Assembly (NCBI GenBank): GCA_965649825.1
Contig: OZ287697.1
Span: 893,635 to 957,634 of the forward strand
Direction of reading: 5' to 3'
Origin: Penicillus capitatus
Taxonomy: Eukaryota > Plantae > Chlorophyta
Length of the DNA: 64,000 nucleotides
The stretch's first letter is position 1. Every line of letters starts with the position of its first letter. The notes beneath the pieces are model-generated. The model was not told the DNA's origin. It saw only the letters and a list, made by a program, of their open reading frames with translations, and did no database searches. The translations under genes were made by a program, and so were the position numbers. Shown in pieces: positions 46,965-58,864 of the stretch.

Positions 46965-49919
46965 ATGCAGGCGTCGACATTCCTGGTGGCGTTTCTATTC
47001 GTCGCCTCTCTGGCGGCGGAGAAAGAGAATCCACACCACAGTGCAGACTGGATAGAACAGGAGATAAAGAGGAGTGCTAAGAAACTGCTTCATATAAGAG
47101 GAGCGGTAAACCCCATCCATATCTCTTGCTCGACGCGGATGGATCCGGCGGCTGCAGGAACCACTGGATGTCCCCATCGAAGTGGACTTGATTCTGATCG
47201 GATTTGAAGGCGATGGCGCCTTTCAGTACAAATTGAATCCGGAAAGACTGGAGGATTTGCTCATCGAAAACCACGAGGTTCGAGTACCCGTCGCCAGAGA
47301 GACAGGAGAGCCGCTTTCGACACGGTACCTTGTTGACTACTCCGTTACCGAGGTTGGCGAACTGGCAGAGGCAAGTCATCTATCTGCTGGGCAGCGGCAG
47401 AACACGACCATCTTCATCATAGGGGGGAGATCACACGAGCGATGTGACCCAGTTAGAACAACTTGTGCAGAAGAACCTATATCCAGTTTTTCAGCCGTCG
47501 TTACTGGCAGATACCGTATATGGCTCTAACGGTTTTCCAGAATGGGAGACATTTGCTGTGGATGCCGTTTATGTGGAGCCGAAGCTGGATGAAGTGAGAT
47601 CGATCTTCCAGATGTCATTCATCGCTCTATCGCGATTCTTCTGTGACCTAGATTGTCGAGAAGACATTTGCTCGAAAGGAGAAAATCGCAGGCGCGCCAC
47701 ATTGGTTTGATCGGAACGTTGTTGTTGTCATGAATCTGTGCAAGCGCAACATGCAACCACGCTTGAAACAAGAAGACGTTTACACCAATGCTTCTGTTTT
47801 CGATTTGGAACAATGGGACAGGTATTTGGTCGCAAATATGTTCAGCACTGGAGGCGTTGCACTGAAGGCTACGGTTCGATGTTCACTCCGTTATGAAAGA
47901 GGAATCAGGATTCGGGTATTACTACTCTTACAACGGCAGCGGAAGAAGCGCGACGTGGATCTCGCACAAAAACTACGTCGTGATCGACATCTCGGCAGGG
48001 CCTGTGAAGTTTGGACAAGAGTTAGCGCCTTCAGGGGCCGTGTCTCCGCACACCTTGCCAAGACTGCTGGTAGAGGGAGGGCCATTGCACGTCTATGCAA
48101 AACAAGCAATGTTCGATGTAGGATGTCCTGTATGAAGGAACAACGCCGATTGCGCTTCACGGTGCAAAGGAATCTACGGAGGAGTTTGCGAAGCACGTGG
48201 CCGAAGTGAGGGACGCGATGTTCCGCGGCAAACTTTCGGCGATGGTGGTCTCAGCTGTGAACCATCTCTTTCTCAATGATGTGTGGATTGACAACACCTT
48301 GGATATGCGCCGCATCATGGTAAGATCTTTGCGCTTGGGTCGACCCCCGTTGACTCCTGGCCTCTCAGATACCGTTGATTGTCTTGCGCAATCACGCCGA
48401 CTTCAATCCGTTTGGACTGCAAGAGAAGCGAGGCATCAATGGAACGGTAATTCAGAGCGAAGTCCAGAATCTCGCGAATCGCAAGACGGTTATCGTCACG
48501 GAGTCGCTCCACTCGCTTCATCAGCACAAGGCACTGGCCGTCGCTCTTTACAAAGTAAACAGACACGATGCTCCCGGAACTGGCTGATGGTTTGTGGTCA
48601 ACAGTCTATCGTTGCTCGGTCCGAGGCAGTGATGGCCGCCGCCTACGGAGAAGAGATGTACACACGTCTAAAGTACTACGTGGATTCCGAGATTCTCTTA
48701 AAAGAGTTCTCTATGGCCGCTGATATGCTCTCGCTTGCATGGATCGGTAATCTGTGCCTCCACTTTCCTGTCTTCAGTTCTGCTTGGCATTAGGAGAGGA
48801 AGAGACAAGACAGAACGTCTGGGAAGCAAGGAACTCCGCAAAGAACTCGCCTTCCATCATGCGAACGATTCCTGTCTTTATACTGTCGCTGAAGGACGTT
48901 TCCTTCGATCTTGCTTTCGAGAACAACGGTATATTCTACGCTCTCTCCGTACACGCAGAGAAAACAGCTGTGCAGAACTGGTGGTTTCGAATGGCAACGT
49001 TGTGATCGTTTTGCAGACAGTAAACGTGTACGAGGATCGACGCATCGAAGAAAAGTATTCTGGACACTTTGAAGGGAAAGATCCCGTGAGGCAGCGATTC
49101 GTTGTCCGTGGATACCCACCCTTGTGGCTTTGCCTAGGTCATCATAAGCACAGTGGATATCCAGAGACACATCGTGGCTGGATTGACGACGGCGTTGACT
49201 GGACTGCCACCTCCTCACGAGCTCTATCGACCTGAACGTAAAGAGGTCTTCAACAATTGGCTCTGGTCGATGGGACACACTCCCTTCGGACCGTATTCTA
49301 CTTGCAGGACCCTCAGTCTGCTGGCGAAGCAAGCAGCACTGCGAAACGCATTGCTTGGCAGACTGGAGAAACATCTGCGCCGGATAAAGGAGTCCGTCGG
49401 GGAATTGGATGCGTTCATCGAAGAGTATGCCTCTGTTTTCCCCGTCAGTGGCAATCAATCGCAGGAAGTCCAGAGGGACAGCAATCTGATCGATCTTCTC
49501 TACACGTAATACAAGGCATTGTTAGACCGACGGTTAACGATTGCTGCAGGCGATCAGACGCGTTTGTGGAGCCTCCTTTGCCAACAGATGTTGTTCGCGA
49601 TGTTGAAGATCTTATGTCGAAGCTGGAGGAGAAGCTAATCGACTTATCGCAGAGGCTATTCGGTGCAGACTTCAATGAAGCGGATGAACTGCTGCGAAGA
49701 CTTGGTCCTGCCGTGCAGAGCTTCGGCAACAGGATTCGAACAGAACTGAGGAGAGCACGAAAAAAGCTGAACTGCTGCCGTCTTGAATACAAGCAGCAGC
49801 CGATGCAGCGGGGAGGTTGGGGAGTATACTTCCTGACGGCGGGGATTATACTTTTCCTCGTGTTTGTTTACGTTTCCATACCTGTGGCAGACGAAGAGGG
49901 ACCACTGCTTCGACGTTGA
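46965..49919 (+). CDS. KNS3/SPOT1-family membrane protein (At5g58100/At4g16180/At3g28720 family)
   Basis: Signal peptide MQASTFLVAFLFVASLA. Family motifs YVVIDISAGPVKFG...GAVSPHTLPRL, IPVFILSL and NWLWSMGHTPFGPYS...ALRNALLGRL. C-terminal TM GVYFLTAGIILFLVFVYVSI. Confidence 0.8.
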
Positions 49920-50741
49920 CTTGAACAAAGACAAAGAGTGTTAAACGTTCTGTCTTACATTCGAACACAGCGATCGTAGAACAGATCACCATCGCTCAAA
50001 CACAGAGGCATCTCTCCATCGGCAAATATGCTTGTTATCGAGATTTCTTCGAATAACCACTAGTGCCGTCTTTGTCGTATGTGCATTCCTTTTCAAAAGT
50101 GATGCAATCGATACACAGCAACGCATTTGTCGTCGTTGTCGAACGCGTGCTGCCCAACGTTCTTGTCTTCTCCGCTTAGAGTGCGTAATCTAATCGAGTG
50201 TGGCAGGGGAAGAGAATGAAAATGCATTCGGGGTCCTATTACAATATTCTCCGTCTCCTGCTGTAGTTGCCACCTTAAAAAAGATCATTCGAACAATACG
50301 GTCGGCGAAGAGTGTATAACACTTTTCAAAGGAGTGGTTTCACGAATAGCTTTTATAGTTTTGGTAAGTGGGCTCAGATTGATTGTAACTAAACTTGTGG
50401 AATTTGTTGTTGTCCAATAAAGTTTGAAAAGTATTCTTTCCGTTTTGAATTCAACTCGCACTCTTTGAACTAAGTCCTATTCTATTGTTAATCAAACTTG
50501 CCAGATTTGTAACAGATGCACAGGTTTAGTAATGCATCTCACCGTTGACCTTTACTAGTGATTAAGAGCGGGCCTCGTTAGTGCATAGGAATGGATGGTC
50601 TCTTAGTCGTTGAAGGGCGTGCCTCTTATTCTGGTTCGGGCAGTGCTGTGGGATTCACGCGGAAAGTTGAAGCAGTGCGCGTTCGCGGTATGCTGTCCCT
50701 TCATAAAAACGTGCAGATAACAGTTACAATTCTGTGATCGT

Positions 50742-50907
50742 GCTGTCGTGCTGTCGATGAACGACGCGGTTAACGACAAAGGTTTATAGGTTACAAAGAC
50801 TGTTGCTTCGTTAAATGTTCGGATACATACACGTAGAACGTACATACGCGTCAAAGCTATGCGTCACCGCGGTCAGCTGTACAAAGGTGGACAGCTGTCC
50901 ACCGACA
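50742..50907. repeat. Dispersed non-coding element, copy 2, with the palindrome GGTGGACAGCTGTCCACC (50886-50903)
   Basis: Same orientation and block order as the copy at 30112-30245. Confidence 0.8.
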
Positions 50908-52049
50908 CGTGCGCGTCTGTTTGTCAGAAGAACAGGGCCGTCATAATGTGACTGTCTTGTTGTCCAAGGGTTCTGTCTCTGAAGGGGCGCTTACACGGCG
51001 TGTCATGTCACCTGTAGCATACAAAGACATGACCGTGGACACATGTGAACCTTTTGCTCTGTAATACGTGAAGCCTTCCGCTAACACTGTTTTAACGTTC
51101 ATTTTTTTTCTAGATGATTATGATCGTAATTCATCGGAACTGGTCTGCTGACTCGACTGCCCAGTGAAGTCACGTCATCTGAGGGTATAAAAGGCTAATT
51201 TTTCACAAGACATCACCTTGCTCCGAACAGTGTAAGGCATTCCACTGATTGTTCTCGCTGCGCTGCCTGACCGGCAATAGAAACTTCTTATAAATCGTAA
51301 CTAATCAATAATCCTACGGCGTTTATCGATAGTTGGGAGCGATCGGTCACATCATCAATCGACGATCACAGTGATCGCGCATTTGACCAGTCCATCTTTT
51401 TTGCTTCGTCGTTCGCCACAGAAACAAATCAGCTAATTGATTCGACCGTATGGTATTTCACGTAGACCACATCTTCGCGCACAACATCGTTTCGACAGTG
51501 AAAGATTCTGTCAATCAAGAAGAAAGCAATCTCTATGCACTTTCAGCTACTTCTCAGAGTATTTATTGTTCTTCATGCACTATTGGAAAGACAAACAACA
51601 AGCAGAGGCGATCTGTTGTGAAGCATCTTCATTCACGTACTAGGCAACTCTAGAACGCCCAATTGTTGGGTCTTCCAATAAAAACCTTCAGTTTGTAAAA
51701 ACAGCTTTCAATAAAGTAAAAAGAGATAGAATAAGCAGAAAGAAACTTTACGTTCATGTTTTCCTTCTCCTCGATCGTATCACGAATGCCTCCTCGCCGA
51801 TAGATGCATTATTCATAACAAGATGTGTATCACCGCCAACGATTGTCAACAATCTCTCTCTTAGTCTATAACCGTGGAAGGTCATTCAAGTAGTTTTTAA
51901 AGATATCTGCATTGCGTGTCGTCAAGGTAGATTGCAACAGGCGAGGTGGAGTCGAACAAGAGACGCGTTTGAATATCTTGATTGTGATCCGGCCGGAAGC
52001 GGACAGGAGTCTTAATGATCGGACGGCAAAGGTAACAGATGTTCCTGTG

Positions 52050-52380
52050 AGTGCCATTCAGGGAGACACGCATGTCAAAGAAAAAGCGAAAAAACAGAGT
52101 TCTCGTTCTCTTACAACAAGTTGAGCATTTTAATGTCGCCTTATCTACTCGTGCGTCCTATCGCGGCCGCGTCGTTTGGACGCACGAAAACGCGAACAAC
52201 GACGAAGGCGCGTCGATTACAAAAGTTCTGCCTCAGATGCGAATGCCTGACTCGGCACATCAAATCTGGCAGTACTCCACGAATAATTTCCTATCAAAGA
52301 TCGACAAGTAGTACAAGGAGGACATCGCGCGGTTTGGATTTAACATTGAGAAGACTAGTAAAGAAGTCAAACAGGACTGT
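52050..52380 (+). pseudogene. Remnant paralogue of the carbohydrate sulfotransferase 3' end
   Basis: DSAHQIWQYSTNNFLSKIDK*YKEDIARFGF versus DSANQIWQYYTEDLMMKAYHYYKEDFDRFGF of the intact gene. TAG at 52309-52311. The 16-mer CAAATCTGGCAGTACT is identical in both. Confidence 0.7.
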
Positions 52381-53049
52381 GAAAGACAATTTAGAGGGCT
52401 TGCAGATTCGATATCAATGCTATCCATTCAATCTAGCCGCGTCTTGCGCATAAGAGGTATCGTTTCCCATTGCGCGACAGTTCAAACAAAGAAGCGCACG
52501 AAGAGCAAGATCAAAGAGCAGAGCGGTCGATCGGGCAAGTGACGACATCAAAATAACGGACGTCCGATTCTTCTTGTCTCATCGAACGCGTGGGGAATCC
52601 CTCCCATAATACTCAAAAAAGTTCCCGAATCTGAGTTCAAGCATTGTGTACTCCTTTATTTCAAACAGAATACTGAAATGGCTGTCTCCGCGAAGGGGGA
52701 AAGACTTGGTTCGAGCTCTGTCTTTGTGAAAGGCGAAAGCACCGTGGTTTGGAGACGAAGAACCAACGCGACGCTTCCGATGACATCGCCGTTAGAGTTC
52801 GGCGAGACTTCCATCGTCGAAGCAAAAGAGACGAACTGCGCGGCTTTCTCTGACCGGCACGACAGTAATCGTCATGCTCGATCGTCGGCGCACCGCATCT
52901 GCAGCGAATGTCGCAAAAAATGGCACATTAAACTGTTCCACAGTTGTTGGACTGTTGAGTATTTGATGGATTTGGCAGACAGAACTCGGCACAGATAAAA
53001 ATGAATTGCCGACTCATTCGTTTGGCAGATCAATCAAACAGGCAAAACT

Positions 53050-54315
53050 TCAGGCATACTTGTAGACGACCTCGATCAGCTCTTTGTTGAATCCGCGCAT
53101 GTAACAGGACACTTCGTTTGCATTGGAAACAACACAGGACGGTGTCTCGAGGAACGGCACGTACGTGTTGACCCAGCCACCCCACTTTCCATCTGCGTAG
53201 TCGTTCTTGTAGAGATAGGAATCGTCACCAATGGCAAAACAGTGGATCTTGCCGACACCGGTGGTCACACATTCGGGTGCCGAGTCGAAGACGCCTCCCA
53301 GATCGACCCACTCCTGCCACGTTCCGTCCCACGTCTTCTGCATGACGCTGTTCGTACTAACGCCCAAGGAGAAAACGTCGATCCTGTTAGCGTCCCACGT
53401 CGTCACTGATGGCCGGTCTTTCACCAGCCCTCCGAGTTTTTTATAACCTCCCCATCCTGATCCCTGGATCCAGTATCTGTGATAAAGGTTCAAGTCCATT
53501 CCGATGCCGAAGCAATTGAAGTGCGTTTCATCTCTCGCCGAACATCCGAAAGGGCTGAACAAACTGCCTTTCAGGTCATAATACGGCGTCCATTTGCCAT
53601 CGACTGCTCCAATGTGATTGCCTTTGGTGGACGCTGCTCTCAACATGCAGTTGACGACTTTGGGCGTTCGAGCAACGCAGGAAGGCACCTCCATCAATCT
53701 CCCCCCTTTTGACTGCCAGCCGCTCCATTTTCCGCCAGAAAACGTGTTGATGTTGAGTCCAATTGCGACGTCCAGCACCAGGACGTCGATGAAGCCGACG
53801 TCACGACTGACGCATTCGATCTCGTCGACGATCACACCGCCGAGATCCTCCCATTCGCTGTAGACTCCGTTGTCAATGGAAATGTGCATGACGTTCGATT
53901 TCGGTGCTCGGATGAAGCAGTCGACGCGGCCAGGTCCCCATGACGTGCAGCATGGGCGGCTCTGTGCATTGCCGCCGAGCATCTTGAACACATCGGTGAC
54001 GCCTTTTTCCACGTCGCCGTTGGCGTCCTTTAACACACAACGCGGTCAGAAGAAAACTTTTGGAACAGCGCAACGTGCCTTTGTCTTCGCAGCGGCGTAC
54101 GGCAGAATGATGTCGTTGCGGCGTGTCTGTGCAGTTGCAACGTCAACGTTGTGCGGAGCTGCGTCCCGCAGAGCAGACAGGCGATCGGCTTCCGCTCCGT
54201 AAAGATCTGACTGCGCCGCCATCTTGGAAGTCGGAAACCAGTACCCGAAAACGCCGTTGCAGGCGCACAAAAGTGTCCCTGCGAGGATGAGCATCGAGAG
54301 GCTTGTCGTCTGCAT
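53050..54315 (-). CDS. Secreted seven-bladed beta-propeller lectin-like protein, PLL/DUF346 type (copy 3, one intron)
   Basis: Signal peptide MQTTSLSMLILAGTLLCACNG. The two ORF-track pieces are in the same frame, separated by a stop-containing intron (54078-54028). Seven blades, e.g. RPCCTSWGPGRVDCF, DRPSVTTWDANRIDVF, WVDLGGVFDSAPECV. Confidence 0.88.
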
Positions 54316-55174
54316 CTTGACGAGTGCAGAGAAAAAACCGCGACTCGTCGTCGAAACTGCGCTATGCAACGAATGTCAAATACCGATACGTTACCCGCTT
54401 TAATAGCTCCTGCATCTAGCGCATTAGACGTTCATTAATTCCAGTCAAAGCGGTCTCTGATTGCTCTGAACTTCTCTTCCTGAGAGGCTGCGTTGGCATT
54501 GACACATAAACAGCACGCTCCCGATGTCTGCTTCTCAGCAGCTGCGCAGCGGCGCTGCAGAAAGGAAGATTGCTATCAGAGGAGAGTCATACCGACGTCA
54601 CTGTGAATCTCGCACTGACGTGTTTTCTTGGGGCAGCTCACGGTTCGGCGCTTTGGACACACGGATTCAAGAACACAACTTATTTATTCGACGTTCGTCT
54701 GCCTTCCTCGCCGACCAAACCTCTTTCATTGCGTCGCTATGACGATCTAACAAGTCTATTCGACACTGCTGCGATGATCATTCTGACAGCGCATTATGAC
54801 AAGTAACGACAGGCGAAACGATCTTTTGGAGGCGATGGTTTTCGTTGAAGATACCAACCAACACGTTGTGGTCGTTCTGCCGTGCTCTCTTCGAACCACT
54901 TTCTCTCTATCACAGTGTTATTATGTCTCAGATGTGCTGTCATGTCACATCATTGACGTGTAACAGGCTCCATGCTGTCGCGTCAAAAACAGAGCTGCGA
55001 CAGCGCAGAAGCAAACGAAACGATCCTGTTCAACTTCACGAATACCGCAGAGCTACGATGGCGAGTTTGTCGCGCTGAGATCGTTCAGAAGAAAAAAATG
55101 ACACATTAAATGAATGAACGAATCAGTTCGAACAGGAGCGCGTTTGGTTCGGAACGCCTGGAGCAGATCCGTTT

Positions 55175-57110
55175 TCACAGTACCCTGGACGGAAACGACA
55201 CACCTGCGACGACGAGGAGATTGCTGATCGTCCAGAAGGTGTTCATGATCCTGCACGAACGCGTGTTGTACGTCTTGATCCACTTTCGATCCGGCAGGCT
55301 CCACAGCTTCACACTTCCGTCATCTCCACCTGATGCGACAGCGCTCGCCGTCGGCAGTCCGTTGTCCGAAGGCGGAACCTGTGGTGATGAGATTGCCGTT
55401 CCCTCGCGAACAGTCGATGCTCCAGATGGGTCCCTTGTGCGCCTCCGTCACCGACATGATCTCGGAGCTCTGTCTCAGATCCCGGATCTCCATCTTTCCG
55501 TCGTCGAATCCGCACACGATGCTGTTCCCGTCCGGTCCGAAACGAAAGCAGCTCATTGCCCTGGTCCCCGTCAGCGACGGCGACTGTTTGAAGAGACGCA
55601 CGCATTTGGGTGTCGCCACGTCCCACAGGCGAAACTGCCCGTCCGCCGTGGCCGCGCCGAAGTAACTGCAGCCGGGATGCCAACGGACGATGTCCACGCT
55701 CTCAGCATGATCTGCGAGCAGCCGCGCTCGCATCGCGACGCGCCGATCGGAATGCGAATGGCGTGCCTGCGCAGATGCGGATGGGTTCCATGCTCTCCGT
55801 GCACCAGAGCCGCGCGGAGTGATCCATGGAGGCGCTCAGGAAGTAGTAGCCGACGGGGCAGGCCGCCACATCCAGCACTGGATACAGGTGGCCCCTGGGT
55901 CCGCGGCCGTAAGCGGTCGACGAACGAGGACGGCGGCCTTTACTTGAAGACGCAGATGTTGGCCTTGAGGTTCTCGCTCCAGAGACGAATCGTCCCGTCG
56001 ACGGATCCGCTCAGGAAGATCCCGTCGTCTTCGAACCACGACATGGATGTGACGCTCTTCGTATGGCCACGGAAACGGACAGTGGGAAAGGGTCCGGCCT
56101 TGGACGCCGTGTCCAGTTCGCCGTCCAACGCACCGCTGCTGCGCACCTCGAGATCCGACTTCCTGCCGGAGTGCGCCCCGCAGGCGTCGGACTCCTCGAA
56201 CCTCCGCCTCCTGTGTCGCACGGCGTCCGAGCGGCTCGGCGGCGTGGTCATGTCGAAGACGTGGATCAGTGCATCCGAGAATCCCACTGGCACAGGCGAA
56301 GCAGATGCTCAGCGCGAGAGAGATCGCACGTCGGGGGACGCACCCGCCATCTTCTCGCCGTCGTGCACCATCGACACGCACGTCGCACTGGACTCGCCGT
56401 TGAGCAAGGTGTACATGACGGAGGAAGGCAGTTTCTGCGCAGAAACGGGAACGCGGTGCCGCATCTTCTCGAGGATCTCGTCGTGCCGCTCGCTGCTGTG
56501 ATCCGGCAGCGGAATCTGTTGCCCGAAAGAGTGAGCGAGACCCAAACGCCGCGTCCGTCGCTCACCGTGGCCTCCACGAACTCCGTGAAGTCATGCTTCC
56601 ATTCGAGCAGATCCGCAAGCTGCTTGTTCTCGGCGGCGTCTTCGTTGGCCTCGTGGTCGCGCATCTCGATGTCGCGCAGCTCGTCCTCCAGATACGAGGC
56701 GCACATGTACTCTAAATCATCCTTCGCAATGATCAGAGACACCGTGGCGCCGCTTCGGCGGTACCCCGAGGAATCCCAGTGCGATGCGCTGCTGGTTGAC
56801 GTCGTTGGCGCCGGTCTCGACATTCGTGGCTGCGGAGAACAGAAACCGCGTTTCCGTGTCGCTCCCCGCTGCCGAGTGGCGTACGCTGCAGCGACGGGTG
56901 CGGTTTGGCGCTGGCCGGTCTGCTCGCCAACTCGACCAGGCGGTGCTTCAGTCTCTCCCGCAGACGCGCCGTTTCTTCGGAAGGTTCCTGCGTCGAGGAC
57001 GGGACATACCTGCACGCACGGCGCCCGTCGTCCAGAGCGCGGTGAACAGAGAGGGCTGGCCACCCGCTGAGGCGCAGGTACTCCGAGAGGATTGCGTCGA
57101 AGTCGGACAT
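55175..57110 (-). CDS. TAF5: TAF5/TAF5L-like LisH + WD40 protein
   Basis: LisH-like FDAILSEYLRLSGW. The TAF5-typical LPSSVMYTLLNG precedes the propeller. WD repeats FRGHTKSVTSMSW...SGSVDGTIRLWS, RLWDVATPKCVRLF and HKGPIWSIDCS. Confidence 0.8.
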
Positions 57111-57217
57111 GGAGAGTCGGTCCGTCGTACAGCGAATGAAGGTCGTGCGGAGGTCCGTCCGTACGAACACCGCCTTCGCGTCGACGGTCCTGCATTCTTT
57201 AAGGCAGACTAGACGTC

Positions 57218-58769
57218 ATGGGCCTCGACTTTTCTTCGACCGTTTCCCTGACGGCCGTCTACGTTGTTCTGTCGACCGGCTACACCTGGAGAATCGTTGC
57301 CCGACAGAGAGAGGGGCTCGCTCGCTTCGTCTGCTTCCTTCCCGTCCTTCTCGTGAACGCTTTGCTGCCGTTTCTTTACGAGGCGCAGGGGATACACATA
57401 TACGGTCGCCTTATCTGTGCATACCACCTTGCCTGGCTCTCCTCCTACAAGGTCGTCTGCCTTGTTTCTGCATGTGTACCGAGCGTCGAACGCTTGGCAG
57501 GCGCTGGCGCTGTGTCTGAATCGCGGGCCACTGGCGAACAGCGAACAACGGCATGGCCTCGCGCGCTTCTCCGCCGTCTACCTGCTGCACGTCCTTCCGG
57601 CCAAGAGTAAGCCGCATCTTCTGGAAACGCACATCGTCTGATGGTTCATGCACGTCGGTCGAGATCAACTCAAAGGAGTGGCCAAGCTCAAGCAAGCGAT
57701 CCTTCTATTCCTTCGCGCCGCCTTGAAAGCAGGTCAGCTTTCCCATCGTCCGTCCAGGCCACTCATCGGAACGTGCAGTCTGCCTGATCCTGTGCCAGAT
57801 GGCGCTGTCTCCGGATGTCAACGACATGTCGTACTTCAACTCCATCGTCGCCGGTGCGTCCCTCCGTGGTAATATGCACGATGTGACTTTTGAGTGTGCA
57901 GGATCTGCCTGCTACTTCTTTACGTCTTTCTTTGCGGACGCCTCTTCGTTCATCGCTCTTGTTTTCTTCGACATCACGTCCATCGACGGATTCGACTACC
58001 CGTACTTGGTAACGCCCTCTCAAGCAGTCACGTCGTGGCGAACGAGAATTCTGCCAGTCGACGTCGGTGCGCGACTTCTGGGGGCGCAGGTGGAACGTCA
58101 CGACCGGCAAAGTCCTTCGCACTCTGTCCTATGACATCATCATGGACGGTACGGCTCTCCTGTCCTGTATGCCTTCGGCGAGGCACTGGGAGCCTTCCAG
58201 GCAAATGGGTCCGCAACAGCCACGGCGGCTCGGGGGACAGGAAGAGCGTCTCGGACCTGCGCCGATCGATGGCGATATCCGCGACCTTTGCCTTGAGCGC
58301 GGTGACGCATCTGCTGTTGGGCTGGTAAAGAGACGCGACGTCTCTTGGATGTCTCCTCTGACGGATCCTTCCTTCTTAGGTGCCTCTGGGATGTGGTCTT
58401 GTATTCCTACGTGTACTACTTCATGCTGCAGCCGATATTTATCATCGGGGAAAGCAAGCTCGCCGATCTCTTCTCCCGCAGCGATGTTCATTCCTTGCCT
58501 TCGTGACTGTCCGTTCCGATCGCTTTCCACGTGAATCTCTTCATCGCCCAGAGGCTTTTCGTGGCGCCGGGCATGAAGAGTGGACTGGTGAGGGATGCCT
58601 TCGAACTGAGGGACACGGTCCTCCAAGCTGGTGGCTATTGACGACGATCGCATGCAGAGGCACGGGAGGGGTTGCAAAGAAGCTGACCTCCGCCTCTCTT
58701 GCGGTCGGTCTGGCACGCACCAGTCCGTCCCTAACTATCTCGACCCGTAACGGCTTCCACTTTGGCTGA
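57218..58769 (+). CDS. MBOAT acyltransferase (wax synthase / long-chain-alcohol O-acyltransferase-like)
   Basis: Multi-TM N-terminus, LAWLSSYK, LNRGPL, RDFWGRRWNVTTGKVLR, ATFALSAVTHLLL (catalytic His region). 3' end approximate. Confidence 0.85.
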
Positions 58770-58864
58770 ACGCTTAACATGTCGGTTCTTTTGATGTGAC
58801 GTACGGTTCTGTCGGTCGTCCACTCGACTTTCGCAAAAGACAAGCTGAACAACAGCCCGCCGAG

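Noticed and set aside
52678-52998. 106-aa plus-strand ORF convergent with lectin copy 3
   Set aside because: No domain, introns or paralogue to support it. May simply overlap the lectin 3' UTR.
55110-56501. 463-aa plus-strand ORF (and 56063-57070)
   Set aside because: Antisense to the TAF5-like gene in a GC-rich tract. Arg/Pro/Ser-rich with no domain, so a shadow ORF.
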